Shown here: piece by piece, positions 24,209-36,800 of the stretch
How positions within the stretch are numbered: position 1 is the first letter of the stretch
Layout: each line of letters begins with the position of its first letter
DNA from: Phyllobates terribilis
Taxonomy: Eukaryota
Assembly (NCBI RefSeq): GCF_046119375.1
Contig: NW_027362771.1
Span: 576,042,001-576,106,000 of the forward strand
DNA length: 64,000 nucleotides
Reading direction: 5' to 3'
Notes under the pieces: model-generated
What the model saw: the letters and a program-made list of their open reading frames with translations, nothing else
What the model was told of the DNA's origin: nothing
The model's database searches: none
Program-made: the position numbers and the translations under genes

Positions 24209-24553
24209 CTACCTATGTAATTCTAATATGGCCTCCAGGTTGGGGTCCAGCATGGACGCGAGCTGCAGGGGTGTTCTGCCCTGCCGGTCCCGGTGCTCTA
24301 AGTTGGAGCGTGAGGCGAGGTAGGCGATGACGGGGAGGTGGCCCTCTCGGAGGGCCAGGTGGACCGGGAGAGAGCCAGAGGCGTCAGGAGTGTTGACGTC
24401 GGCTCCGTATTGAACCAAGACCTGCAGGGTGTCCAGAAAGCCAGTCCGGGCGGCATCATGAGCCGGGGAGCTGCCGTACGAGTCCTGGGTATTCGGGCAG
24501 GCGCCCTGCTTCAGAAGCTCGGATGCCACCGATGTGCTGCCGAACATCATCAC
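24209..24553 (-). CDS. CDKN2D: CDKN2D (p19INK4d) last coding exon
   Basis: Acceptor tccctttgtctgtccag. VMMFGS...[24 protein letters not shown] ankyrin repeats; stop at 24209-24211. Confidence 0.95.
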   Translation of the reverse strand: MMMFGSTSVASELLKQGACPNTQDSYGSSPAHDAARTGFLDTLQVLVQYGADVNTPDASGSLPVHLALREGHLPVIAYLASRSNLEHRDRQGRTPLQLASMLDPNLEAILELHR

Positions 24554-24662
24554 CTGGACAGACAAAGGGAGAGGGAGTCACAGAAAGAACAAGCGGGGAA
24601 GGGCACAATACATACAGCTCCTATAGAAGTCAATGGAAGCAGTATCAATACATAGCCCACTA

Positions 24663-24676
24663 GTGCCCTCTAGTGG
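24663..24676 (-). promoter_or_regulatory. CTCF consensus match
   Basis: CCACTAGAGGGCAC, 14/14 to CCASYAGRKGGCRS. Confidence 0.55.
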
Positions 24677-24759
24677 GAGTACTCAGAACACTTCTAGATA
24701 ATCCAGGCTGCTTTGCCTTAGGACAGAGACAAAGACACAGGCCAATCAGTATAGAGTAT

Positions 24760-25665
24760 AATGGGCCCCACATAGTCCCCCGTACAGAACAGTGGGCCCC
24801 ACATAGTCTCCCATACAGAACAGTGGGCCCCACATAGTCCCCCATACAGAACAGTGGGCCCCACATACAGAACAGTGGGCCCCACATAGTCCCCCATACA
24901 GAACAGTGGGCCCCACATAGTCCTCCATAAAGAATAATGGGCCCACATAGTCCCCCATACAGAATAATGGGCCCACATAGTCCCCCATACAGAACAGTGG
25001 GCCCCACATAGTCCTCCATAATGAATAATGGGCCCACATAGTCCCCCATACAGAACAGTGGGCCCCACATAGTCCTCCATAAAGAATAATGGGCCCACAT
25101 AGTCCCCCATACAGAACAGTGGGCCCCACATAGTCCTCCATACAGTATAATGGCCCCACATAGTCCTCCATACAGAACAGTGGGCCCCACATAGTCCCCC
25201 ATACAGAACAGTGGGCCCCACATAGTCCCCCATACAGAACAGTGGACCCCACAGTCCTCCATACAGTATAATGGCCCCACATAGTCCCCCATACAGAACA
25301 GTGGGCCCCACATAGTCCCCCATACAGAACAGTGGGCCCCACATATAGAACAGTGGGCCCCACATAGTCCCCCATACAGAACAGTGGGCCCCACATACAG
25401 AACAGTGGGCCCCACATACAGAACAGTGGGCCCCACATAGTCCTCCATACAGAATAATGGGCCCCACATAGTCCTCCATACAGTATAATGGGCCCCACAT
25501 AGTCCTCCATACAGAATAATGGGCCCCACATAGTCCTCCATACAGAATAATGGGCCCCACATAGTCCTCCATACAGAATAATGAGCCCCACATAGTCCTC
25601 CATACAGTATAATGGGCCTCACATAGTCCTCCATACAGAATAATGGGCCCCACATAGTCCTCCAT
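24760..25665. repeat. 31 bp minisatellite in the CDKN2D intron
   Basis: Unit GGGCCCCACATAGTCC(T/C)CCATACAGAA(T/C)A(A/G)T. Confidence 0.93.
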
Positions 25666-25753
25666 ACTGAATACAGGCGTCGCGGGCCAAATAAAGCCAT
25701 CCTGCGGGCCAGATTTGGTCCATGGGCCAGAGTGTGACATGTATGCCTTAGGG

Positions 25754-28079
25754 CAGTGGTCCCCAACCTTTTTTGCACCAGGGACCGGCTTGAAGCAAGA
25801 TCATTTTTCCATGGCCCAGCAAGGAGGGGGTGGGGTGGGCGGGGCTTTGGTCATATGGGGGCGGGGTAATGGAGGGATTTGGAGTTTAGTGCATACTTAT
25901 CATATAGTGTAGACCAGGTCCCCGCCAGGAGCTATGCCAGGAGCCCCACATAATGTGCTGTGCCAGGAGCCGCATCACTGAGGCCCCATCACGCCCTGCA
26001 GCAGGACAGGGCAGCTGTCCTGACAGCTGCTGTTCAGCTGCATTTACTTGATCCCAGGGGCGGACACAGACTGTAGTGGGCCCCTGTGCAAGAAATTTTT
26101 GGGGCCCCCCCCCGCCCTTCATAAGGCAACAAAGTTATGTAAACATAACCCCCCCATGTGCATCTCTCATCCCCCCCCGTGCATCTCTCATCCCCCTCCG
26201 TGCATCTCTCATCCACCCCCCGTGCATCTCTCATCCCCCCCGTGCATCTCTCACCCCCCCGTGCATCTCTCATCCACCCCCCGTGCATCTCTCACCCCCC
26301 CGTGCATCTCTCACCCCCCGTGCATCTCTCACCCCCCCGTGCATCTCTCATCCACCCTCCGTGCATCTCTCATCCCCCCCGTGCATCTCTCACCCCCCCG
26401 TGCATCTCTCACCCCCCCGTGCATCTCTCATCCACCCCCCGTGCATCTCTCATCCACCCCCCGTGCATCTCTCATCCCCCCCCGTGCATCTCTCATCCCC
26501 CCCTTGCATCTCTCATCCACCCCCCGTGCATCTCTCACCCCCCCGTGCATCTCTCATCCACCCCCCGTGCATCTCTCACCCCCCCGTGCATCTCTCATCC
26601 ACCCCCCGTGCATCTCTCACCCCCCCGTGCATCTCTCATCCACCCCCCGTGCATCTCTCATCCCCCCCGTGCATCTCTCATGCCCCCCCCGTGCATCTCT
26701 CATGCCCCCCCCGTGCATCTCTCATCCCCCCCGTGCATCTCTCATCCCCCCCCGTGCATCTCTCATCCCCCCCCGTGCATCTCTCATCCCCCCCCGTGCA
26801 TCTCTCATCCCCCCCCGTGCATCTCTCATCCCCCCCCGTGCATCTCTCATCCCCCCCCGTGCATCTCTCATCCCCCCCCGTGCATCTCTCATCCCCCCCG
26901 TGCATCTCTCATCCCCCCCCGTGCATCTCTCATCCCCCCCCGTGCATCTCTCACCCCCCCGTGCATCTCTCATCCACCCCCCGTGCATCTCTCATCCCCC
27001 CCGTGCATCTCTCATGCCCCCCCGTGCATCTCTCATCCCCCCCCGTGCATCTCTCATCCCCCCCGTGCATCTCTCATCCCCCCCCGTGCATCTCTCACCC
27101 CCCCGTGCATCTCTCATCCACCCCCCGTGCATCTCTCACCCCCCCCCGTGCATCTCTCACCCCCCCGTGCATCTCTCATCCACCCCCCGTGCATCTCTCA
27201 TCCACCCCCCGTGCATCTCTCATCTCTCCCCTCCCTCCCATGTGCATCTCTCATCTCTCCCCTCCCTCCCATGTGCATCTCTCATCTCTCCCCTCCCCCC
27301 ATGTGCATCTCTCATCTCTCCCCTCCCTCCCATGTGCATCTCTCATCTCTCCCCTCCCCCCCATGTGCATCTCTCATCTCTCCCCTCCCCCCATGTGCAT
27401 CTCTCATCTCTCCCCTCCCTCCCATGTGCATCTCTCATCTCTCCCCTCCCCCCATGTGCATCTCTCATCTCTCCCCTCCCCCATGTGCATCTCTCATCTC
27501 TCCCCTCCCCCCCATGTGGATCTCTCATCTCTCCCCTCCCCCATGTGCATCTCTCATCTCTCCCCTCCCCCCCATGTGCATCTCTCATCTCTCCCCTCCC
27601 CCCCATGTGGATCTCTCATCTCTCCCCTCCCCCCATGTGCATCTCCCATTCCCCCCACTCCTAGTTAATTGTATTTAAAAAAAAATAAAACTTGTTATAC
27701 TTACCCCCATGCGATCCCTGCAGAATCCTGGCGCTCGTCCAAATCGCTGACACCAGGTTCTCCTGACTTCCGGCCATGTGACGGCGCCGTCACATGACTG
27801 GAAGTCAGGGGAATCATGAAGGTGCTGCCGCAGCAGCGCAGCGCTAAGATGTCCCGGACCCGGCGCTTAGCATGCGGCCGGGGGCCCCATGAGGAGAGAG
27901 ACGCACAAGAGGGGGGCTCCGAGGGGGCTCCTACCGGCCGGGCCCCATACTGGAGTCAGGGCAGTCATGCCCTGATGGCGGCCCTGCTGGAGGCTGGAGG
28001 GGCCCCCTCTCCCCGCGGACCGGCTGAAAAACCCCAACGGCCCGGTCCTGGTCCGCGGACCGGCGGTTGGGGACCTCTG
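25754..28079. mobile_element. Non-autonomous hAT element carrying an internal minisatellite
   Basis: 15 bp TIRs CAG(T/A)GGTCCCCAACC; perfect 8 bp TSD CCTTAGGG at 25746-25753 and 28080-28087; no transposase ORF. Confidence 0.88.
26148..27650. repeat. C-rich minisatellite, 18-20 bp unit switching to a roughly 29 bp unit near 27220
   Basis: CCCCCCGTGCATCTCTCA(T) repeats, then CATGTGCATCTCTCATCTCTCCCCTCCCC. Confidence 0.93.
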
Positions 28080-28136
28080 CCTTAGGGTATGAATGCAGCC
28101 ATATATCAGGTGAGTGCACGGTGTGGCAGTACACAC

Positions 28137-28277
28137 CTGCAGGGCGGTCTTCCCAAAGCGGTTCAGGCAGTCCGGATGGATCCGCTCCTGGTACAGCAGC
28201 CTCTTCACCTCCTCCAGGTCTCCCTGAGCTGCGGCTCGTGTCAGGAGGTCTCCGGCGCTGGTCTCGTGCACCAACAT
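28137..28277 (-). CDS. CDKN2D: CDKN2D (p19INK4d) first coding exon
   Basis: [47 protein letters not shown]|gtgtgt, 47 codons as in human p19. The [14 protein letters not shown] motif and synteny point to the 2D paralogue. Confidence 0.95.
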
Positions 28278-29959
28278 GAGGGGTGAGGATGAGGGGGATC
28301 TGTGAGGAGAAGAGGAGGAAGGTCAGCACTAACAATGCTACAGAACCACAAGACTACTGGGGTGGCACCGTCATTCACATTACTGCACACGGCCCCATAG
28401 ACATGGCAATACGTGATACTGCACTGATTATGGGGGCACTCTGCTTATGCACTGCATGTTGTTCAATGGCTCCTCCCTGGAAACTCTACCAGCAGTGCCG
28501 GGGATCTGGGCGAGGAGCAGTTGTCATGCAGTCAGAATAGCGCACAGCTGTCCTGGACCGCCTGTCTCACCACGAGGATTACATATGGGACAGCTGCCCG
28601 TCCTGTACAGCACTGAGCGCACATGCCGTATTGTACTCTGCCGCTGCAGAACCTCTTTATAATAGGAAGGGGGAAGTTCCATGTGAGTGCACTGATGTGA
28701 CTAGGAGCTGCGCACACATTGGCCCCCGCTACTGGCGGCCACAAGCTCTTCCCTGCGGCATGTGTGATGTGGGGGTCGCGTGTTCTCTGATTGTCACACA
28801 GGTCTCCCTGTCTGTCCCCTGGTCATGCAGATCACATGATCACAGCGCTGCGCCCATCATTACAGCCCAGACCGGCGCAGCCCAGACCGACGCAGCCCAG
28901 ACCGACGCAGCCCAGACCGACGCAGCAGAGCGCAAATTACGAAAACACATATCATTACCGTACAGACTACCACAGCGCAGCACACATTACATATATACAT
29001 ATACATACTGTCCATACAGTGCCATCATACTGCACATATATATATATACACACACACCGCTATACACTGCCTGCACATGGCGCAATGCAACATTGCATCC
29101 ACAGTGGCTGCTTAGCAGTTTTGTGGAGATGCTGCATAGATGCCGGGATGTTTCCACTCTGCTCTATGTGGGACTATTATGAGAGCGCTGTATTCAGTAT
29201 ACTGTGCGGCACTAATATGAACACACTATGTGGCACTATTACATGAGGAGGTAAATGGCACTACAACGACAGCAGTGCATGGCACTATTATATTGCCACT
29301 GAGTGGTTCTATTAAGAACACACTATCAGTATTGTATGGACACTATTATGTGGGTAGTAAATGGCACTATTATAAATGCACTATATGACAATAGTCGTGG
29401 CATTTCATACCCGTATAATACTAACATACAGTGCATTAGAATTAGTTCTACAATGTGCCATCTAATAGTGTCCACACCGTGTGTTTATAAAAATACCATA
29501 TACTGAGAACAATACAGTGCACACATAATAGTGCCACATGATGTGTTCATATTATTGCCATATACTGGTCACATTATACCACCATACAGTACAATCACAG
29601 TGGTCCTGTATAGTAAACCGAATATATAGAATTCATTTGCATTTATAATAATGACACAGTGAAGCTCTGAGATGGCCACATAATATCTGCATTATCCCAC
29701 CATATGGCATCTACAGTAGTGCTATAGAGTGAAGATACGACTTACTGTGCGCACATAAAAGAGCAAGCTACTGCCCACATAATATGGTCACTAGATGGCA
29801 GTATTATGAATGCACTCTGCACACCATTATTAGTGGAATTTAATGCCTATTACTGACAAACATTGTGTTCAAATTAGTGCCACACAGTGCACATATAATA
29901 ATGCCATACAGTGCTTTCATATTAGCACCATGCACTGCCCACATAACAGCGCCACTGGT

Positions 29960-32600
29960 AGCTGGCACTATCATATACGTGCACTACTATATACGGGCAC
30001 TACGTGGCACTATTATATACGGGCAATACTATGACCACTGCATGGCCCCATTGTGCTCACACTCTGCTATAGGGCCCTTACTATATGGCACTGGTATCTG
30101 GCACTATTATATACGGGCACTACTATACACGGGCAAAATTATATATGGGCACTACTATATATGGGCACTACGTGGCACTATTATATACAGGCACTATGTG
30201 GCACTACTATATACGGGCACTATTATATACGGGCACTACGTGGAACTACTATATACGGGGACACTACTATATATGGGCATTATTATATATGAGCACTACT
30301 ATATACGGACACTACTATATACAGGCATTATGTGGCACTATTATACATGGGCACTACTATATGCGGACACTACTATATACAGGCATTACGTGGCACTATT
30401 ATATATCGGCACTACCTGGCACTATTATATACAGGCACTACATGGCACTACTATATACAGGCACTACGTGGCACTATTACATACGGGCACTACTATATAC
30501 AGGCACTACGTGGCACTATTATATACGGGGACACTATTATATACAGACACTACATGGCACTATTATATACGGGCACTACCTGGCACTATTATATACAGGC
30601 ACTACATGGGACTACTATATACAGGCAGTACGTGGCACTATTATATACGGGCACTACGTGGCACCATTATATACTGGCACTACGTGGCACTATCATATAC
30701 TGGCACTACGTGGCACTATTATATACTGGCACTACGTGGCACTATTACAGTTAGGTCCATATATATTTGGACAGAGACAACATTTTTCTAATTTTGGTTC
30801 TAGACATTACCACAATGAATTTTAAACAAAACAATTCAGATGCAGTTGAAGTTCAGACTTTCAGCTTTCATTTGAGGGTATCCACATTAAAATTGGATGA
30901 AGGGTTTAGGAGTTTCAGCTCCTTAACATGTGCCACCCTGTTTTTAAAGGGACCAAAAGTAATTGGACAATTGGCTCCAAGGCTATTTCATGGACAGGTG
31001 TGGGCAATCCCTTCTTTATGTCATTCTCAATTAAGCAGATAAAAGGCCTGGAGTTGATTTGAGGTGTGGTGCTTGCATTTGGAAGGTTTTGCTGTGAAGT
31101 AAACATGTGGTCAAAGGAGCTCTCCATGCAGGTGAAACAAGCCATCCTTAAGCTGCAAAAACAGAAAAAAAACATCTGAGAAATTGCTACAATATTAGGA
31201 GTGGCAAAATCTACAGTTTGGTACATCCTGAGAAAGAAAGAAAGCACTGGTGAACTCAATGCAAAAAGACCTGGGCGCCCACGGAAGACAACAGTGGTGG
31301 ATGATCGCAGAATAATCTCCATGGTGAAGAGAAACCCCTTCACAACAGCCAACCAAGTGAACAACACTCTCCAGGAGGTAGGAGTATCAATATCCAAATC
31401 TACCATAAAGAGAAGACTGCATGAAAGTAAATACAGAGGGTTCACTGCACGGTGCAAGCCACTCATAAGCATCGAGAATAAAAAGGCTAGACTGGACTTT
31501 GCTAAAAAACATCTAAAAAAGCCAGCACAGTTCTGGAAGAACGGACAGATGAAACCAAGATCAACCTCTACCAGAATGATGGAAAGAGAAAAGTATGGCG
31601 AAGGCGTTGTACAGCTCATGATCCAAAGCATACCACATCATCTGTAAAACACGGCGGAGGCAGTGTGATGGCTTGGGCATGCATGGCTGCCAGTGGCACT
31701 GGGTCACTAGTGTTTATTGATGATGTGACACAGGACAGAATGAATTCTGATGTATTCAGAGCCATGCTGTGTGCTCAGATCCAGCCAAATGCAGCCAAAC
31801 TGATTGGTCGTCGTTTCATACTACAGATGGACAATGACCCAAAACATAAAGCCAAAGCAACCCAGGAGTTTATTAAAGCAAAGAAGTGGAATATTCTTGA
31901 ATGGCCAAGTCAGTCACCTGATCTCAACCCAATTGAGCATGCATTTCACTTGTTAAAGACTAAACTTCAGACAGAAAGGCCCACAAACAAACAGCAACTG
32001 AAAACCACCGCAGTGAAGGCCTGGCAGAGCATCAAAAAGGAGGAAACACAGCGTCTGGTGATGTCCATGAGTTCAAGACTTCAGGCAGTCATTGCCAACA
32101 AAGGGTTTTCAACCAAGTACTAGAAATGACCATTTTATTTACAATTATTTAATCTGTCCAATTACTTTTGGTCCCTTTAAAAACAGGGTGGCACATGTTA
32201 AGGAGCTGAAACCCCTAAACCCTCCATCCAATTTTAATGTGGATATCCTCAAATGAAAGCTGAAAGTCTGAACTTCAACTGCATCTGAATTGTTTTGTTT
32301 AAAATTCATTGTGGTAATGTCTAGAACCAAAATTAGAAAAATGTTGTCTGTGTCCAAATATATATGGACCTAACTGTATATACTGGCACTACCGGGCACT
32401 ATTATATACGGGCACTACTATGACCAGTGCATGGCCCTGTTGTGCTCACACCCTGCTATAGGGCCCTTACTATACGGCGCTGGTATCTGGCGGTATTATA
32501 TACGGGCACTACTATGACCAGTGCATGGCCCCATTGTGCTCACACCTACTATCGGGCCCTTACTCTACGGCGCTGGTATCTGGCGGTATTATACGTCCAG
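29960..32600. repeat. GGCACTA(C/T)TATATAC minisatellite split by a Tc1 insertion
   Basis: Array runs 29960-30747 and resumes 32377-32600. Confidence 0.88.
30748..32376 (+). mobile_element. Tc1 element, DD34E, long TIRs, transposase pseudogene at about 31105-32123
   Basis: About 215 bp TIRs starting CAGTTAGGTCCATATATATTTGGACA, TA TSD. QMDNDPKH ... WPSQSPDLNPIE has 34-residue spacing. Early stop plus deletions. Confidence 0.93.
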
Positions 32601-33039
32601 TCCTATAGGAAGTCCCGGGTGATGGAGCATCTATAGAGGGATAGTGGCCGCGGCTGATGCTGGTGGCCCCCGTGGCCCCCTGTCTGGGACCTGCGCCGGT
32701 CTGCAGGGTCATACACGTTATGATCAGGCACTCAGAGCAGCGCAGGCTGTAACCATGGCGACACATAAGTCAGCATGAGAGCTGTGTACACCAGCCGGCG
32801 GTTGTTGTTTTCCCCAGATGCTGGTGACGTCACCATAGTAACACACCCTGTCCGCAGATGACCCTGCCCATAGGTGTAACAAGAGGATAAGTCTGTACAG
32901 TGACAGGTAGCCCCCAGCCTCCGCACACACAACAGCCGCCGCCTCACCTCCTCTCACAGTCTGCGTTCCCTCCTTGACCACCGTGTGATCCCGTCAGAAC
33001 GGAGGCGACCAACGGACGCAGCGGCAGCCGAGCGCTCAC

Positions 33040-33330
33040 CCGCCGGCTCTGTTTCGTTCTGTGTCTCTGACGTCACCGCCCCACGTGGTACGAGAGTGTT
33101 TTTTTTAAAAATTGCAACTGTGTATCCGCAAGTCAGAGGGAGGAAGGCAGAGTCTGACCGGACCGTCACCTCTAGCCACGCCCATCCCCAGCACACTCCA
33201 CCAATGAGGAGAGGTTAGAAGAGAGGGCTCGCCGTTGCTATGAAGTAACCTAGGGAAGGACTGCGACAGAGGACATCACTGGTTAGCGAGGCGCCAATCA
33301 GAGGATTTAGCTTCATGTGGGCGGGGCGTG
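33040..33330 (-). promoter_or_regulatory. Putative CDKN2D promoter and non-coding first exon (donor at 33040/33039)
   Basis: CpG-rich. CCAAT at 33201 and 33294, GC box 33319, CRE 33068, E-box 33082, donor CGG|gtgagc. The coding exon is preceded by an otherwise unexplained acceptor at 28300. Confidence 0.55.
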
Positions 33331-33656
33331 TGATGTTTTTTAAACGCAGAGAGGGCGGGTTTTGCGTTAGTGCTGAGGTAAAGGGTCAGGTCGGTGTCAG
33401 GACGCTGCTCACCTCCCTGTAACCTCAGCTCCTGTGGTGAGGAGTCCAGGAGGGACACTGGCAATGGCCGCTCTCCTTCCCTACTGGCCTGTGCTTTGTT
33501 CCAGGAGTCATATTTTATTTTTCCCTTGACTTATCCCTATTCATTTTATGTACAGAAAGAGTAACAAAAATCTAAATGTGGTGAAATGCAATTCCGCCAT
33601 GGTACAGGTCGCTACGGCAACAGCGATCCCAAAGAAATATTCTTTTATTATTTCCA

Positions 33657-33869
33657 TTAAAAAAATTCAGACTTTTTTTTGTGTGTTTTTCTGATATCCA
33701 GAATTATTTTTATTTTTCCATGATGTGACGGCTCCGTTCATGGCAAAATAAAATCATTATTTTTTTTTATTTTATTTTGCCATGAACGGAGCAGTCACAT
33801 CATAGAAAAATAAAAATAATTCTGGATATCAGAAAAACACACAAAAAAAATGTTTTCTGAATTTTTTAA
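33657..33869. repeat. Near-perfect foldback, about 95 bp arms
   Basis: GTGTGTTTTTCTGATATCCAGAATTATTTTTATTTTT...GCTCCGTTCATGGCAAAATAAAA mirrored across a spacer of about 20 nt. Confidence 0.85.
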
Positions 33870-36800
33870 CAGAAATAATAAAAGCTGTAGGTTGTATTGT
33901 TACTGTTTTGGGCTACAAAAGATTTTGATTGCCTTGTAATTTTTATTTTTTTTTTTAATATTTTTTTTTTTATTGCTTTTTAGCATTTATCCTGCAGGTT
34001 GAATTTATACCAGATATTTCAATTTTTATATTTTCTTTTATCCTGAAAGAAAGGGGTTGATTTAATTTTTATTTTAACGTTTTTATTTATTTTTGAATTA
34101 TTATTTTTTTTAGTTATGTGATCTTTCATGGCATATACTGCATATAGCGAAATTACTAGACCTAGGGACATTCAGTAAACCACCACCCCCCCCGAGTACT
34201 GTGCCAGCCCGTCGGCTCCCTGCAGGGAGGAGGGGGAGGTCAATGGCTGCCACAGTTGGTAACTAAACTTTTGCTAGATTTTATTTTTGTCTACACAATA
34301 TGGCCATCAGCTGACTGAGTGGTCACATGACTGCTTTGGGGTATGGGAACCAAATTGAGCCCATAAAGTTCTAATGGGTGAGTTGTCCCTGTAGTTTACA
34401 CTATGCCTTAAATTTCTCCAAAGCATGACCGCTTTCTCCCCCCAAAACAGCGCCACACCAGGTTGTGTCCAGTATTGCAGTTTAGCTCCATTCACGTCAA
34501 TGGAGCTGCAATACCAGACACTAACTGTAGTCAGGTGTGGTGGCGCTCTTTCTGCGAGACGGTCGCCATGTATTTATACTCCTAGGCAGCACCTTTCTGC
34601 TTTGAGCATAAACGTTTGAGTCTGAATCCTATATTTATGCTCTGGGTATGGGCCTACAGTGACCTACAGCTGACAACCAGCTCCAATCCTGGTTGTTGAA
34701 CCATTTAGATGCAGTTGTCAAAACCAACCAGGGCTTCTAAACAGTTAGAGGCAGTAGTGTGCTCAGTGCAGACTGGAAGACGAGAGTCTTTGTACAGTGA
34801 AGCATAAAGTCTTGTAAATGGTCGGTCCTCTGAAAAGAAGATGGGAGGTATGTAACAGGGAGTCCCGAGGAGCATCACCATCACTGATGGGAAACCTATC
34901 CATAATACGTCATGGGGTCTTCGCGCATCTGGTTACTACAACCCCATTATGGGCATTTGCCCCTTTCCGATATAAGAACCTTGGGTAAAATGTCTAACTG
35001 TGGCTTGAGGGCCAAACAACCTCCTAATAACTATGAAATATGACTGTGTGCAGTCTTGGATGATGTCCCAGGTCATCATTCTTGGCGCAGCTTGTCGGAT
35101 GGTCAGCACAGGTTTTTGCCCTCCCATTGCTATAATTGGGCCGCCCATGGAGGGTTGAAGAGTGTAGTGAAGGCATAGCTAGATAAAAAAAAAATTGGTC
35201 ACAGATCACTCTGATGTTTACCGGTGGGCAACAGCTTGGTGGAGCGCCCTGACCTAAAGAGAACCTTGGGTTAGGAGGACCTCAAGTGACTGCACCAACC
35301 TGTCTGCTTCGAGACCCCCTGTAAAGAGAGAGCGACAGGAGGGCTGCTGGGAATGTCGTCTGGGAGCTGAAGCGAGTTGTGGTGTGAAGAATGAACTTTC
35401 CGTAGCCAAGAGAGCACAAGAAAAGACCGAGGACTTGAGTCATTATTGCATTTAAGCCTTTTTAGTTTTTTTGTCGGCTTTCCTTTGTTTTTCATTTACA
35501 GTCTATTCTTCTTTTGCACTTTTTTTAGTTCTATTCGCTATTGTGGTGGGATTAGGGATTTCCAGATGTTTTTTTTTTTTTTTTTTCAGCTGATTCATTA
35601 TTTGTGAGTTAAAAGAACAAATATACTCCAGTCCTCCAGAGTGATTATATGATCAGCTAATTTTTTTTTTTTTACAGTTTAACAGAACATGTGATTTTTT
35701 TTCTCTAAAAAGTATCCAGAAAAGGTTAAAAAAAAAAAAAAAAGATTTTGTGCAAAAAGTATAAACCACGGTTGAAAATTTGAAGAATTTACTGCCAAAA
35801 ACAAACAAATATAAGAAAAAAGAAAAGAAATGGGACTTCAGGAAAAAAAAAATTTAACCTGGTTCAGAGAGCGCACTTTCGAAACAAGTTTTGCTTTTCA
35901 TCAGTGAGCGTACAAGCTGTGCCGTGATCATCGCCTGTCGGTGGGAAGAAGTTGTCAGCAGCGAGACTGTCTGCTTTTTCCATTAGATACTCATACTACA
36001 ACCACCAAGCTCAATGCCTCCATGATGACGTGTAACCAGCAAGACTTGTACCTACATTCTGCTGTGTAACCATGAAAACTTCTGCAAATCAATCTTTGAC
36101 TCGTGTTCTACTCACCATGGATGGGGTAAAATTTACCATAAACCAGCAGTGATACAGATCCATGATGGAAAATGGTCTCTGACCACTGTTTTAGGGGGCG
36201 GGGGGGGGGGGTCACCATTGAACACAGAATTGGGCGCTATCATGCCCCGTAGAAGCACCATAACAAGCCAACTGGTTGCAAACCTCAAATGGTGGACTTA
36301 TTTTGTCAAGCCTGGTGAGGGGGTCTAAGGTCTTGGGAGGGGCACATTTCTAAGCAAGAGCTGGTTTTTATAAGACATTGCTGACTACTGAAAAGGAAGG
36401 ACTCACCCTCCCTCATAGGCGTCACTGTTAATTATCCTTCTAGAATAGTCTATACTCCCAAAACCCACCCACACACACCATGGATTATTAAAGTTTTCAG
36501 ATGCCTAAAAGCATAAAAAATATCAACATAGTCCGTTTGGAACTGGGGGCGATGTTGCATTGGAGTCTATGGAAAATGTAAGGCATTTCAGTGGTCAGAA
36601 GTGGTACTGCATTTTTTTTTTTAATGAAAAACTTACACTTCTGGCTCATGGGGCTAATGTAATTTTTCACTTTGTAAGTAACATGTGACCTGACGGCTAC
36701 AAGCTAATAATCAGTCTGGACACAGTTTACTCAGCAGTACCGTTTATTTTTACACAGAAGTCATATAGTAGATGTAGGAAATCATATAGATAAAACTTGA

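Noticed and set aside
24716-25745. Possible second hAT element sharing the CCTTAGGG target (hAT-like end at 25730-25745; CCTTAGGA at 24716)
   Set aside because: No matching TIR follows the left 7/8 TSD-like site, so the boundaries cannot be supported.
26048-27678. Three 500+ aa Pro-rich, extensin-like ORFs
   Set aside because: C-rich minisatellite inside an hAT element within the CDKN2D intron.
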